Shown here piece after piece: positions 26,963-40,249 of a DNA stretch of 64,000 nt (positions are counted from its first letter, which is position 1; each line of letters opens with the position of its first letter). Under the pieces are notes generated by a model, which searched no databases, had not been told where the DNA came from, and saw nothing but the letters and a program-made list of their open reading frames with translations. This DNA comes from Oopsacas minuta (taxonomy: Eukaryota > Animalia > Porifera), in contig JAKMXF010000327.1 in NCBI GenBank assembly GCA_024704765.1, positions 141,360 through 205,359 of the forward strand, read 5' to 3'. The position numbers and the translations under genes were made by a program.

Positions 26963-29150
26963 TACGAGCCTTTGGCTCATTGCATTGCGCCTCGAGGTAT
27001 CCATTATTCTCAAAATGGACGGCCCCCCCTTGGAGTATTATAATATAGATATATTTAGAAGAATGTAATCCACAAATATACATATATGGGGTATATATTT
27101 TTGAATTCTTTTGTAAGATCAACTCGACTCGCTTTGTAGCCGTTTTTAGAGCAAGCCTGTATGTATATTTTAAGATTTCCGAATTTATATACTATATATT
27201 CATAAAAACAACAATAAATTTACACATTATTCTAAAGGTGTGAAAATCGGATTCTGCATGTTTGATATGGAAGTCCGACATTTCGCTCCACTTTTGATTG
27301 GCCAATTTTTGTTAATAATTTAACAGGTTTTACATGCTAAATAATTGAACTAATTTCTTGTCTGAATTCGTTGGTTAATTCTAACTTAAATTAAACAAGC
27401 TTTGCATAATTTGCTAAATAGATTAACTAAGTAGCTTGTATAGATTCATTTAGATTGTGGTCGAAAATATACATAGTTTATTATTAGAGGATGACATATA
27501 TAATTACGTAGTAGTTATTACAAACTGGTATAGCTTCCAAAGCAGTTGACTAGATCTTATTGCATTTGTTTCAATCAATTTTAGCGTCCTGGCGGATTCA
27601 GTGGGTGCCAAAACCTGTTTTTCGGAGCCCGCTTCTTTGTCCGGTTGAATTCCAAATTTCCAATAAACATTAACATTAATTTATTTCAGAATTACAGACA
27701 TCCCATAATTCCGACTTCCAGCCATTTTTAGTACCAAATTATATTGATAACCCCGAAATTACGGCCATTCACCTGAGTCCAAGGGTGACCGTAATTCAGA
27801 TGTTCTACTGTATATATATGCGTGTGTGTGTGTGTGTGTTCACTTGAAATTACTTCCTTGTCCATACCTTTGGACATTGGAGGAGTTAATACCAGATTTG
27901 GCATGTATACTCGCATGAGATCTAGATGTGCACGGTTATCGAAGTGCTGTGCAGCCGCCCTGTGTTGTTTATCCCCTGTTGACTAAAAGCATTGTTTATT
28001 GATTATATATGTATACCGCCCACTGGCACCACATACGATGCAACAAAGCTGCGTCTTGTAATGTGTGCTTTATTTATGTTCGCGGTATTTATATAAACGA
28101 GCGAGTTTCGCTTGCGGTTTACGATCACGCTATTAGGGGAAACCAGGCCTGACTAAGCCAATGTACAGATGGTCCATTAGAAATGTTTTAAGTTTATATT
28201 TCATTGCTTTTGTCGAGATTACTGAGCCAAAGCTCTTTATAAATCCTAGTTTCCCAGTTTAAATACGACTACTTGTATTATTAATAAGTAACTTGCCAAG
28301 AAATATAATTAATTAATTAAACCTTTATCTAATAACGAACAGAAGACTAAACAAAACAAATAGACGAAGTTCCATACAAGTGTAGACACCATCTCAGCCT
28401 GAGAACGGATGTTAATCTTCCATATTATCTAGCCCTCTAAATTTGATTTGAGATAATACTTTAGATTAACATGTCAATCCGCTCCCAGACTGAAATGATG
28501 AGCTACACCCTGCAAGAACTCCATCTTAGTACGATTTGGTGAATAATATTCTCCAGCTAGAGACTTCAACGCTTGTTCACTCTGTTGGGACCTCCTCCGC
28601 TTGGTTGGTGGCTTCCCAGCAAGGTAGTTAGTCTGCCGCACCTCCACTAGGCCCTGCTCACGCTTGAGGACTAGGAGGAACTTCCACCATCAATGGAATT
28701 AATTAATACGTATGCATTTCTGATATAAATTCGTTCCTTTACTATTAATCATCTTACCTCACTTTGCTAACACCGAACTTCTATGTTTAGGTTTACGATA
28801 TCTATACTGTCACATTAGATTCTTCTGAAATCATTCATCCCAAATTAATCTATTATATTTGCAATATTATTTAGCCATGTAAAACCTGTTAAATTATTAA
28901 CAAAAATTGGTCAATCAAAAGTGGAGCGAAATTTCGTGGAACGAAATGTCGGTATCCGGTTCGATATATTTAGTGAAGTTTTATTGAATTCTAATTACTT
29001 CCTTGATAAACACGATAAATACATAGTTATGCGACAATTTCAAAATTGCATACTGTCAATCCTTTCCTTGACAACGTACAAACAAACAGACAGACAGACA
29101 GACAGACAGACGGACAGAACGTCTCACATAAAGATTTAATAATATAGAAA
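26963..29150 (+). mobile_element. Helitron-like family copy interrupted by a MULE
   Basis: 5' end A|TACGAGCCTTTGGCTC; matches 12802-13396 up to 27268 and resumes at 28959 through (CAGA)n and GATTTAATAATATAG. Confidence 0.6.
27269..28958 (-). mobile_element. Non-autonomous Mutator-like element (MULE) with a transposase C-terminal fragment
   Basis: TIRs of ~75-90 bp (CCGACATTTCGCTCCACTTTTGATTGGCCAATTTTTGTTAATAATTTAACAGG); 9-bp TSD GTTTGATAT (27260-27268) / GTTCGATAT (28959-28967). 28474-28686(-) reads WKFLLVLKREQGLVEVRQTNYLAGKPPTKRRR...KMEFLQGVAHHF. Confidence 0.85.
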
Positions 29151-29939
29151 TGGTCCAAAAAGGAAATGTTAACATTCAAACTGAGAAAACCCTAGCAATT
29201 TGAAATATGTCAGTCAAAATATAGATTTGTAAATTTTATAAAATGACGAAAATGGTAATTTTGTGACATTATAATTAGTATAGTATATATCTGAAATTTT
29301 TGATATTACACGATATAAAGACTTAGTTACTACTCTCTACTCACCAAGTTTGAGAGAAATCGGAGTAGGTTGGTGAAATGATACCATGATTAGACGAAGA
29401 ATTCCACAAATAGTACTTCTTATCCGATGATATCACTATAAATTAGTATAAGAAATGGTAGTCAGTATATTGAAGAAAAGTACGTACTCACCGACTTCTC
29501 TAATACCGTCAAAGTCTATAGTTACTCTGGTTGTGTGATTTCTGCGAAGCAATAATTCTAGGTATGCAGCTTAGTACCGAAGGGGAAAGCATAACAACCG
29601 AGAAACGAATGTTGTATGGGCGACCCAAGTAATTAGGTACATACAAATAGATAATGAATCGTAGAAATGAAAGAATAAATAATTGTTTATGTACACAAGT
29701 TATACAGATGTAATGAGCGATTAAAGATTAGAATTGAAGAGTAAATACATAATATTAGAATGACTACACAATAAGATAGAAATCTATAACTAGCTATTAT
29801 TTATTAGCCGAATTATCCAATATCTAGAGGAAGCTAAAGGTAATGCAAGGAACCACAAAATAACATAACATTACAAGTAATGAACCAGTATATTTGTCCT
29901 TATGATGTAAATCTGTTGTAATGACTAGTTTGATGATGT

Positions 29940-32042
29940 TCAATAGAGGATAGGTTTGAACTTACACTGTTGAAAACAGAAAGAACTAATTTTTTTCATA
30001 AATTTAGTTAACTCTCTCTTACCGATATTCCTTACTACTGCAGGAGGTACCCATCCACCTGGATGTACGTCAGCAGTATATATCATCTTACAATTAATAT
30101 CGTCACGTGTGAGACTACGTACTTGATCCTCATTAACAAGTTTGTTGGAGAAAGTTTGACAAGTAAGAGATATATTAATACGCATGCGGATGAATTTACT
30201 CACTTCCTTTGCTTCATGGTGATCAACTGAGAAGTTAATGACGAAATAAGTGTCTCCCAGTGAGTTTTCAGGAAGCACTACGTTACTCAGCTTACACATA
30301 TTGGAACAGAAAATAGTTTGGCGCTGTGTGGACGGCCAGATTCGTTTATGAGTATGTTTGTAAATAGTCGTCCATGGATCAAGTTCTTCTAGAGTTTGCA
30401 TCGATTCTATGGTATTCTCCCATGATAGTCTAGTCTCTTTGTGGAAAAATATGTGAGTTAATTCGCGAGCAGATATACCTCTTGCTATGTATGTAGCACG
30501 CATTGGGTCTAAAACAATACTATTCTCTTCTAACTCACGACGATAAACCTTCATATCTCCGTCATCATGTACTAATGACCAGAGGTTATTAGCATCTTCC
30601 ACTCTCTCAAAAGCATAACTCGAGTAGCTACATACCTTCTCACGAACCTGTTCGGACAAACGATGCTTTGATGGGGAGATATCAAGAGGAACCTCATCAC
30701 TATCTGGTATAGGTTCTTCATTAGAGGAGATTTCGATTATGAGATTTTCTACACTCTTATTGTCTAGTGCCTGTGCAGCTATTGCTGTGTTGGTCTCTAG
30801 TGCATCAAAGAACTCTTCTTCAGATGTGGGGAGGCGCCACTTCCCATGAGATTTCTCACTGTCACTATCAGAGCTATCTTCCATACGATTTAAGGTCGGA
30901 TGAGGTGAATGGGCTGTTAATGTCATAAGAACGGCTTCTGCGGTAGCTTCAGCTTGTTTCCTTTTCTCCACTTCCTGTTCGATTCTCTGTCGCATTTTCT
31001 CTTCCCTTACTCGAATTGAGTCCATAGATTGAGATACAGCAGTGAGTAGAGCCGTTGTAGTAGCTTTGAAGGTGACTGTTTCTTCTCTCAGTTGCCTCAA
31101 TACTGAGGCAATATCTTCTTCAGGTGTTATCAGCTGATTCAGAACAGAACCAGATCGAGATCGGATAATTCTGGAAGTAGTACCTTCAATTCCTTGCTTT
31201 ATCGTGATAGTATCACTTTCTGTACGCCTATGTCCGCGAGTGGATAGTACATCACGGGTATTTTCTATCAATGAAAATTTTGGATATGAATGAACTGATG
31301 TAAGTTTAGCTTGGTTGTCAGAGTCATATTCAGACAATTGAGTATTATCTAGTGAAAGATTACTCGTATTCCTATCTTCTCTGTTTTCTCTGTTTAATTC
31401 TTCAGAAGATGTTACGTTTCTTTCTTGTAGAGGGGGGGAATGGCACGAGTAAGATTCACATTCTCGTAACAATATATTCAGGAACCTCTGAATAGTTTCC
31501 AATTGTTTAGTCGTAACATCTCTGTATGTTTCTAACTCCTGGAAACGCTCCTTCATTGTACTAACGCTCTTACGAGAACAAATTGAATTGGTAGATATTT
31601 GAGAATTGAGTGAGAGAATAGAGCCATGTCTTCGCATGCTACTAGTTTCTGATGTATATCCACTCTCGTTTTGATGAATCTTAGATTGCTCTAAAGCATC
31701 TAACCATATTTGCTTCTCATCTACACTATCAGCTCGGAAATAAAATGCATAGTTACCCAATTTCACGTCAAAGCGAAGTTCGTCATATTCATGTACTGAA
31801 ACTACCGCTTGAAGGAGAGAAATAGAGCCCCGGCAACCTATGTTTGTATCTTCTTCAGATTTGAAGTAAGACAAAGTTCCGTCCGAAAGTATAACGTAAC
31901 GGCTTTGCCAACCTTGAAGATAATTAGTCCATTTGCGGAGAACTCCACGTTTGTCAGCTGCACGTGGAATTGTCAGAGTCTCAGAGAGTTCTTCGTCATC
32001 GCTAAGAGTCATCAGTTGTTCAGAACTTAAACTAACAGACAT
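29940..32042 (-). CDS. CERT1: Ceramide transfer protein (CERT/COL4A3BP), intronless, 700 aa
   Basis: N-terminal PH domain (GVLRKWTNYLQGWQSRYVIL), serine-repeat motif (RRHGSILSLNSQISTNS), coiled coil, FFAT motif (EEEFFDALE) and C-terminal START domain (WSLVHDDGDMKVYRRE...HKRIWPSTQR...VHPGGWVP). Confidence 0.96.
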   Translation of the reverse strand: MSVSLSSEQLMTLSDDEELSETLTIPRAADKRGVLRKWTNYLQGWQSRYVILSDGTLSYFKSEEDTNIGCRGSISLLQAVVSVHEYDELRFDVKLGNYAFYFRADSVDEKQIWLDALEQSKIHQNESGYTSETSSMRRHGSILSLNSQISTNSICSRKSVSTMKERFQELETYRDVTTKQLETIQRFLNILLRECESYSCHSPPLQERNVTSSEELNRENREDRNTSNLSLDNTQLSEYDSDNQAKLTSVHSYPKFSLIENTRDVLSTRGHRRTESDTITIKQGIEGTTSRIIRSRSGSVLNQLITPEEDIASVLRQLREETVTFKATTTALLTAVSQSMDSIRVREEKMRQRIEQEVEKRKQAEATAEAVLMTLTAHSPHPTLNRMEDSSDSDSEKSHGKWRLPTSEEEFFDALETNTAIAAQALDNKSVENLIIEISSNEEPIPDSDEVPLDISPSKHRLSEQVREKVCSYSSYAFERVEDANNLWSLVHDDGDMKVYRRELEENSIVLDPMRATYIARGISARELTHIFFHKETRLSWENTIESMQTLEELDPWTTIYKHTHKRIWPSTQRQTIFCSNMCKLSNVVLPENSLGDTYFVINFSVDHHEAKEVSKFIRMRINISLTCQTFSNKLVNEDQVRSLTRDDINCKMIYTADVHPGGWVPPAVVRNIGKRELTKFMKKISSFCFQQCKFKPILY

Positions 32043-32307
32043 AGCTTGTAAAAAAGTAAATAAATTAGATTTCTAGAAATTCACTTAGTTATGTATCAAT
32101 AATATGTACATATATTGGGTACCTTTTCCGGGATGTGACAGTGCCTAAAATATGGGACGTAACACTATGGTAATCTCCCAAATACGCCACACAAAGTGTA
32201 TAACTCTATGTTTCAAGTATAGTGTGCTATCCCTACTATCCCGGAATCTTAGAGCTAGAACGTGAAATATTCTGACTTCTGAGGCCGGTGTAAGCGTGAG
32301 AAAGGTT

Positions 32308-33433
32308 CAGGCTTTCCGTGGATATGGATATCCATAGGATATTCAATGATAGGGATGCTGTTATAATTAAATTAACAATATTACTAAGTACACTTACTAG
32401 TGTTGTTCAGTAGCGGCTCTAGCATGGGGTTAGATGGGGCTAGCGCCCCATCAATTAGCCCCATCAGCTAAGCTGGTGTATTACATGTAACTAACCAGCA
32501 CCACACGATTATTATTTCATACCGTATGAATATCAAATTATGAAATTATTTGATTTCCCAATTGAGAATCGATTATGATGGAAAATTAGTTATTATCGGT
32601 AAGATCGGTGAAGTCTTGTAGGTAGCTAATTATTGTAATGTCAGCAATTGTTGTGTCACGAATAGTGCCAGATTTCATATAAAGTTTGAATTCTTTCGAG
32701 ATCTATGTTGGTGAAAGGTAACCAATTACTATACAATTATGATGCAATTCTTGCTACTGCTATTCATCCCTTTCGCTCGTGAATTCTGGTGTTGCTAGCC
32801 AAAAGGCCAAAGGCTACTACTCTTGGTATAGAGCTCCAAGAATTCAGAGACACCCGGGTACCAATGAAGGATCCAACTCAGTTTTGGCGGTACAGTGTCT
32901 TAACACGTCTGCGCACCTGTGCAAAGATAATTTTCTCGGCACCAATATCTTCTGCAGCCGTGGAGAGGTTGTTCAGCCAGGCCGGCAACTTTCTTTCAAA
33001 AATGAGAAAGAGAATGTCACCGACGGTCATGAAGAAATTAGTATACATCAGATACCAGAAAATGTACATCACAATAATCAAGAAGCTGAGAATTGTAATC
33101 GAGCCAAAGGAAGTTGCGATGGTCATCAACAGTGAGTCCATGTCCCTGTCAGTTGAAGACGATAATGATATCGAAGAGTTTATGAATGACAGTTTATATA
33201 ATATCTAGAGCTTCAGTATATAACATTTAGTATATGAATAGATTTCCATTAGTAATCTACATCTACATAGCGGTTACCTGTACATAATAGTCACCACTAG
33301 CCTTGAATGGCCGTTATAGACAAGATGTTCTAGGTATTTGAAATATTCATGGATATCCTGGTTGTTGGATATCCACGCAAAAATGACATGGATATGGATA
33401 TGGATGGGATTTTTCTCATCCACGGCAAGCCTG
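32308..33433 (+). mobile_element. Non-autonomous hAT element with dimerisation-domain ORF (32789-33208)
   Basis: 16-bp TIRs CAGGCTTTCCGTGGAT / ATCCACGGCAAGCCTG (1 mismatch), GGATAT(CC) subterminal repeats, and the motif SAPISSAAVERLFSQAG...RKRMSP. No matching TSD. Confidence 0.85.
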
Positions 33434-33567
33434 CTGTATTGCCTCAGCTCGTAAAAGTTTGCGGTATTAATTTACAAATTTACCTGCCAGGATACAAGCG
33501 ATTTGGCTATTGATCCCAACTGGTCGGTGTCAATAGCCTTACACCGCAAATAATTATTTTAATGATA

Positions 33568-35551
33568 CACAAGCCAACAAAAAATATTTTCGTTTCTGTT
33601 GCCTAAGATTTTAGATTGAATTTAGACTATATTTGCTGTGCTATTTGCTGTGCTGAGTTCGAAAATGACATCAGCTTTGCTGGATTGGCTCTTGATTTTA
33701 GTCCACATTTATGTTTATATTGTTAGTTACCTTTCCAAATGTATATTTAATTTAATCAATACTTTTATAATTATAACTATCTAGTATATTCTAACTCTAT
33801 GGCATCGTCAAGAAGAAAATGTTCTAATGATCCTAATACATTCTGTTACATATGTGGTGAATATATGTTGAAAGATCAAAGAAGAGGTATCTCAAACTTT
33901 GTACCAAAGGCATACTTTACTTACTTTGAGGTAAAGCTTGGAGACCAAAACAGCTCTTCATTACCTGATAAATTCAATCAGGAAGAGCTCAATGATCTAA
34001 TCAGGAACCTCAACCTGTCTAAAGAGTGTTCAGAAATTTTGCATCCAGGCTCAACGAGAAGAATATTCTTAGCCCTGGAACTAAGATAACATATTATCGC
34101 CATAGAGAAGAAGGATTATTTTATTACTTTAACCAACAAGAAGGCCTCGTCTTCTGCAATGACATTGGAGGACTTCTCCTGGAAATGGAAGTACCACAAT
34201 ATAGACCAGAAGATTGGCGTCTATTCATTGATAGTTCTAAGAGAAGCTTGAAGAGCGTTTTATTGCATAATGGAAATAAATATGCATCTATTCCAATTGG
34301 ACATTCAACAAAGCTTAAGGAGGAGTAGAAAATATTTAAATGGTATTGCAAAAATTGAAATATCATTAATGCCAGTGGTTGATATGTGTTGATCTCAAGA
34401 TGGTAAACTTTCTACTTGGCCAACAAGGTGGATACAATAAGTACTCTTGTTTTATATGTTTATGGGACAGCAGAGCCCGCAAAGATCATTGGGTAAATAA
34501 AGTGTGGCCCTTGAGAACTGATCTATGAGTTGGAGAAGCAAACATTCTGTATGAACCATTGGTTCCTAGAGAAAAAGCATTCTTCCAGCCCTCCACATCA
34601 AGTTGGGTTTAATAAAGCAGTAGTAACATCTCTAGATAAAGACGGCCCCTGTTTCAAGTACATTTGCAGATCATTCCCAGCAATGAGCAATGAAAAACTG
34701 AAAACAGGGATCTTTGATGGTCCTCAGATCCGCAGTCTCATAAGAAACACTGGTTTCGTCCAATCCATGACTAATTTAGAATCTTCTGCGAGGTGTGCAT
34801 TTGTTTTGGTAGTCAATAACTTCTTGGGTAATAATAAAGCTAACAACTACATAGATTTGGTCAATGACATGCTCTACAAATTAAAATATTTAGATGTTAA
34901 CATGAGCATCAAGGTTCACTATCTATTTAGCCACCTGGATCGTTTCCCTGAAACCTTGGGGATTTAAGTGAGGAACAGGGGGAAAGGTTTCATAGGACAT
35001 CAAGGTCATTGAAGAAAGATATCAAGGCAGGTGGGAAACCCACATGATGGCAGATTACTGTTGGAGCCTCCAGCGAGATTGCCCTCTGATATCCCATAAC
35101 AGAAATCAAATAAGACAATTTTTAGATGTTCTTCAATAAACAAGTTTAGTATTCTTTTTAATATTATTACTTTTAACCGATTAATGGTGTTGACAATGAT
35201 CAATGTATTTCATACAGAGTAGTTATAATGATAAAATTATACTTCCCAAATTTTCGGATTTGCTGTTAATAATTACATTCAAAAACTACAAATTTCAATA
35301 ATTCAAATTTTACACTTGGAAGCATAAAAAGTTGAAAGTCACCACTGAAACACCACGCCACTATTAATGTGAAGAAATTTATGTGTAGTATATCTTCAAT
35401 ATTTTTATACTTATCACGCCAAATTTAACATTAGTTATCGCAAAAACTAGAGCCAATTCGGATAAGCCGATGCCATTTTCAGATTCCCCGAGGTAAATAA
35501 CAATTGAGACGGATCTAACATCTTAGGCAACAAATTGTTTGTTGACCAGTG
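33568..35551 (+). mobile_element. Degenerate Chapaev3-like (CMC superfamily) DNA transposon
   Basis: Ends CACAAGCCAACAAA...TGTTGCCTAAGAT / ATCTTAGGCAACAAA...GTTGACCAGTG. Fragmented transposase: CSNDPNTFCYICG, WRLFIDSSKRSLKSVLLHNGNKYASIPIGHS, GIFDGPQIR, MSIKVHYLFSHLDRFP, RYQGRW. Family assignment is from motif recall. Confidence 0.75.
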
Positions 35552-35799
35552 TGATGAATAATTTGAAGATAATATTTAATGAATCTACTATTAAGACGCA
35601 ATTAATTTGTATGTCCACTCTTCAATGTTCCTATTCCAAAATCATAAACCTTTTCGAGCTAAATTATCCCTCGTTTGGTGATAGGAATGATATCTGAAAT
35701 TGAAGCTTGGTCACCTTCAACAGATAATGTAGCAGTGAAATGTGTCTAAAGAATTTTGTTACTTTCGGCATAGAGTCCCAGTCAGTGGGGGTGAGTTGA

Positions 35800-37247
35800 C
35801 ATTATGTAGGGATTCTTAGTTGAGCATCATCCTCGGCGGCTCTAATGGCGAGTTTTAGTTCCAAAGCCCTTTCAAACATCAAGTAGTCACTATTCCATCT
35901 GGTTTCCACACAAAGAATCAAAGATTTTTCAGGAAATCCCAATTCCTGCTGGATTTTTCTAATAATAGAATTTGATTTTGGTTTGCGGAGCTTTTTATCA
36001 GTTTTTTGAGGCGTTGTCTCATCAGCTTCACACCACATTGTTCCAATTCCGCATGTTGCACAATAAGATGGAGGATGTGACACATGAAACTAACTGACTG
36101 TTGATTTGCAATTTCAGAGCCTTTCACTAAGTTAGCTGCATTGTTTCTAACAAAGCAATGAATATTTTGCAGGCACCAACTTTTTAGAATTTCTGATAAA
36201 ACCATAGCGATACTTTCTCGGGTATGTGCGCTGCCGTAGAGCATACATCGTAGGATAGCTATCTTCCCCTGCTAATTAACATTAATATAGTGTGTGTTAT
36301 AGCTAATGAAAGATCGTTGTCTTCTGCTATGCCAAATATCTGTTGTTATCGAGTATATTGTGGCATCATTTTCCTGGAGCGACTGTTTTATCTTGTAATG
36401 CACTTATCTGTACAAGTTCGGGATCAGTTTTTGTCCAATAGTTTTGCCTGATGGAATATTAAATGTTTTATTTAAATGTGAAATCATATTAAGGAATTGA
36501 TCATTGCTTAAGGTTGAAGATGGCAATAAACCGTCACACTGCCACTTATCAATAGTTATTCACCCAAAATCTGTTAAGGCCTTTCTGAATTCCACATAAT
36601 GGAACGCTCTTTCGTTTCTGGTAGCGTCAATTATATCGTAGAGAGTAAGTACACCTCTTTTATGCTCTTTTTCAACTATCTTAGCTTGTTTGTCGCTTCA
36701 CCCGCAGCTCGCTCATCTCTGGCTCTACCATAGTCTCCTTTATGCCAATTCTGTAAATGGATCCAAAAGCAGTAGCCCATAAGTCTATTCTCTCAGCTCC
36801 ATCTTTCTTCTACGAACCTTGCTATTTTTGCAGCCGTCAGAATTTGGAAATAATTATCTTTTGAAAATTGGAAAGTGATTTTGCAAAACAGCATTGATAA
36901 TGTAGTATTGTACAACTATATCTTCCCATTCTTCGCCCCGTGGATCAAGCAAACTCCCCTATCTGTGGTAGAGCCCCGAGGGAAACATCTTGTCTATTGT
37001 AAGGATAGTCATTTAATTTACTGCAATCCCGGTTTTAGTCCCGGCCTCGGTCGATCACTAATGTCACAGTTTTGAACTTGCAGCCGCGTAATCAAGAATG
37101 ACATTCGTAGAGTATTAAGTGAAACCTTAAAATGACGAACAAGAGAGAACTAATGGCACCTCTCCAAATAAAGAGTAGAACTAATGCCAACGCTCCAAAT
37201 TCGCACTAATGATAACTCTCCAAATCCGTACTAATGCAGCGCCCCTG
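35800..37247 (-). mobile_element. Truncated, degenerate hAT (Ac-like) transposon, 5' end retained
   Basis: Minus-strand SITTDIW, FVRNNAANL, MCHIL and CVETRWNSDYLMFER. The terminus CAGGGGCGCTGCATTAG (minus strand) ends at 37247, with 3-4 CTAATG...CTCCAAAT subterminal repeats (37150-37240). Confidence 0.8.
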
Positions 37248-37699
37248 TCGGTGAATAGCTATAGTTTCGTAGGCTGTGTGTTGCAGTGTATATGAACTTT
37301 TGGTGTACATACACTTTATGAATTATAGTTGCTACAAGTGTGTATATGGTGTAGTGTATATGCAAGAATACAGTATTGATTTTTGTTGTGCATTGTGTAT
37401 ACGATAATTAACGAATATTCGGCTGAAGGTTGAATATTTTTAATACCATGGTTTGATATCGTGTTTCCTGAAGTGACAAGCATTCTTTTGATTCACTGCC
37501 TTACATTTTACTCAACAGTCATCTTCTGAAATCAGATCACTTCTGTTTGTTATATAGATACAAATTCCTCGCTGTGGTGACGTGGGCGTTCAAGTAGAGA
37601 AGAGGGAAATGGAACAACTATTTGGTGCCCGACATGTGATATTAAAATGAGAAATAAAAATGAGAAATGAAGAATTCGATACACCAAAAACTGGCATTA

Positions 37700-38390
37700 A
37701 ATGAATGTCATCAAACATATGCCATTTTCAAGCTGTGTTAATCGAACACGAATGTAGCTTCGATTCCAAATTAACAGGGTTGTTTTTTCACACAAAATAT
37801 AGAAATTTTGTAATGATAAAGTTGTCACGTTACTGAGGTATATTAGATGCCATGGATGACACATATTCGGTCAAATCCTCTAGTAACTCGATAGTCGCTA
37901 GAGTTATTATCCAATCACTTCAGCCACTATGTCTACAAACCCAACTAGCCATGCCCTTGTGATACATCTTGATACGATTTCTCTAACCAGTGTCGTGAAT
38001 ATGCCCATATTTGGTCATTATCAAGATTCCACCATATTGCTTCAAGATATCGTATGAAAATATATTACAAGAGTATTGGAAGTTTGGTATATTGTACATA
38101 TTAGCTTGAGTGATTTGTCAATAGCTCTAGCGACTATCAAGTTACAAGTGGATATTGCCAAAACATGTGCCATCCATTGTACCTAAGATAACACAGTAAC
38201 ATGGCAACATATAATTACAAAAATTTCATATTTTTTGTATAAACATCCTTAGATCGCTTAATAATAATTCTGGAATCGAAGACACACTAGTGATCGTTTA
38301 TCAGTTCTATGAATGGGGAGATTTTAACAACATATTGCCCTGTAATCCAAACAGATTAAGTTATTTCAAACTGAGAATAGTTGGATGACA
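37700..38390. mobile_element. Foldback-like MITE with long imperfect inverted arms; same family as the host at 51880-52326 plus 59791-59862
   Basis: 37810-37900 is the reverse complement of 38120-38210. 37790-38100 aligns with 52040-52326, and 38078-38160 with 59782-59861. Confidence 0.75.
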
Positions 38391-39604
38391 GGACTGATTA
38401 TTATTAATTAATAGTACATTTATTCGAGCCAGCTGTACCAACTTTATATTATCGAGAAAATACAATCGCAAGTCAAATTTAATTGACTCGAAGTAATCCA
38501 TAGTCCATTAGATTCTATACCGTGAACAGGCTATAATTCCGTAGGTTGTGACATACCCATATATCTTCTTAGAAAATGGCAGAGCAGAGTTGTAACTACA
38601 AATGCCATAAGGGCAGATCATGTTTCAACAATAATACCACAAGCGTCAGCCTTACACAGTCATAAATGTAACTACAGTGAGTATTGCTTATAAGAAGATC
38701 GGTTATAAGTACATATCGGATATAAGAACAAATTTTTGTGTTACTCAAGAATTATAAGCATTATACTACTGTTACCTATAAATATTATATTATTCTTTTA
38801 AGTGATGTGATATACGTAGTCCAAATTTCTTCACTTATAAATAATAATATTTGCTTCCTCTATTTTGAATACTAATATTTTAACAACTAAATATGAGATT
38901 GATTGCATGATTACAATTGCAACTGATCAATTATAATCAGATGTTATATCATCATCTGGAACACAGGAATTTGCAATACGCGTAGTTAATAATTCACACC
39001 AATTGACATTAAAAGTAAACAATACTGTGTATACACGCTTGTAGGCAGTGTTACCAAATCAAGAACCAAGTTCTTAGATTTTGGCTTTGGCGAGAACTTT
39101 GACTTAGGGTATGAATACAGCAATATCCCTGAACTTTGAAATTAACTTTTTGCATGAACTTGGATGAAAATTCATATAAAAACATAGCGTCAATGAATAT
39201 TTTTGGTAGATTTTGCAATAACTTGACATTTACAGGTCTTTGACATGAATAAAGCATGAACTGTGTGGCATGGATATAGCAGATACATTACAAGAACTGT
39301 TGAGTTTGTGGCAAGTATATGGCATGAACTTTTCAACTTAGTGGCAACAACATGGCATGAACTATTCAATTCTGTGACAAGAACTCTGAGTGCACTTCAT
39401 CTGACAACACTGCTTGTAACTAATATACTTCGTAAAGTGTATATACACCATTGTACATACATGTACACTGATGCCAGACCTTTATCAGGTGATATCCCCA
39501 TGTTCTTAGTACATGTTGTTAGTACATTGGTGCGGGAAATTTGATCTATACAAACTTAGGGTGTACGGGTTACTAAATTTTCAGAAATGTGGGTTTTGAG
39601 CATG

Positions 39605-39810
39605 GTTATATATCAATACAAATCCCTTATATATAGCTCAGCTATACTATAGTACAGTTTTTGTGTATTAGCTTTCCTATCTTCAAGGAAACGTCATTTT
39701 TAGGATTAATGAAAGTCACCTTTTGGAATGAGGGTATGTGCTCTTTGCATTACAAAAAACTGTACTATACTAGCTCAGCTATATAAAAGGAATCTCATAT
39801 CAATAATAGA
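39605..39810. mobile_element. Hairpin MITE, ~55-bp arms
   Basis: TATATAGCTCAGCTATACTATAGTACAGTTTTTTGT versus ACAAAAAACTGTACTATACTAGCTCAGCTATATA. Confidence 0.65.
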
Positions 39811-40249
39811 ATATTCGGGTAAAATGCACCAGTTTCTTACTATCGGCGATTATAGAATTGCCTTCAAAATATATCCACTTCCTTTTATCCCTGGTCAAAA
39901 GTAGTGAACAGCCTTATCTTTAATATATTGAGGTAACATCAAAGTAATAAACCTCATGAACAGTTTTAAATACGTATTATACTTACACAACCATGGATGT
40001 GACATCCATGCCAGTTTATGAGTGTAACCTATGCTCACTTATCGTTAATTATCATCAAGTACGGAATTATAAACAACACACTTATCTTGATTCCTAACAA
40101 GAGTAAACCAAACCACAAATATTTTTTGGAGCGAATGATTCAATGAAATTATTATTTGACCCCCCTGGATATATCTACCAAATGGGAAAATCAAATATTG
40201 GTGTACGAGCGACGAATGTCCGAACGACGAAGTACCCGGTAACCGGAAG

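Larger units (their letters stand above)
25828..29407. mobile_element. Foldback-type element: ~590-bp inverted arms, ~200-bp loop, right arm split by an insertion
   Basis: Termini GTGGAATTCTTCGTCTAATCATGG / CCATGATTAGACGAAGAATTCCAC. 25828-26420 pairs with 26625-26962 plus ~29150-29407. It interrupts a small pogo-type MITE (~25785 to ~29438). Confidence 0.85.

Noticed and set aside
31809-33141. ORFs 31809-32030, 32779-33135 and 32878-33141
   Set aside because: They are antisense or alternative frames of CERT1 or the hAT fragment, with no recognisable motifs.
37700-38390. First idea that this MITE is an internal-deletion derivative of the NOF-type MULE
   Set aside because: The 9-bp TSD shows the MULE ends at 52327/59781. 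The MITE-like sequence lies outside it and is the insertion host.
39050-39545. Imperfect ~36-bp repeats (GGCATGAAC) and Cys/His-rich frames suggesting a zinc-finger relic
   Set aside because: No consistent CxxC...HxxxH spacing in any frame and many stops.
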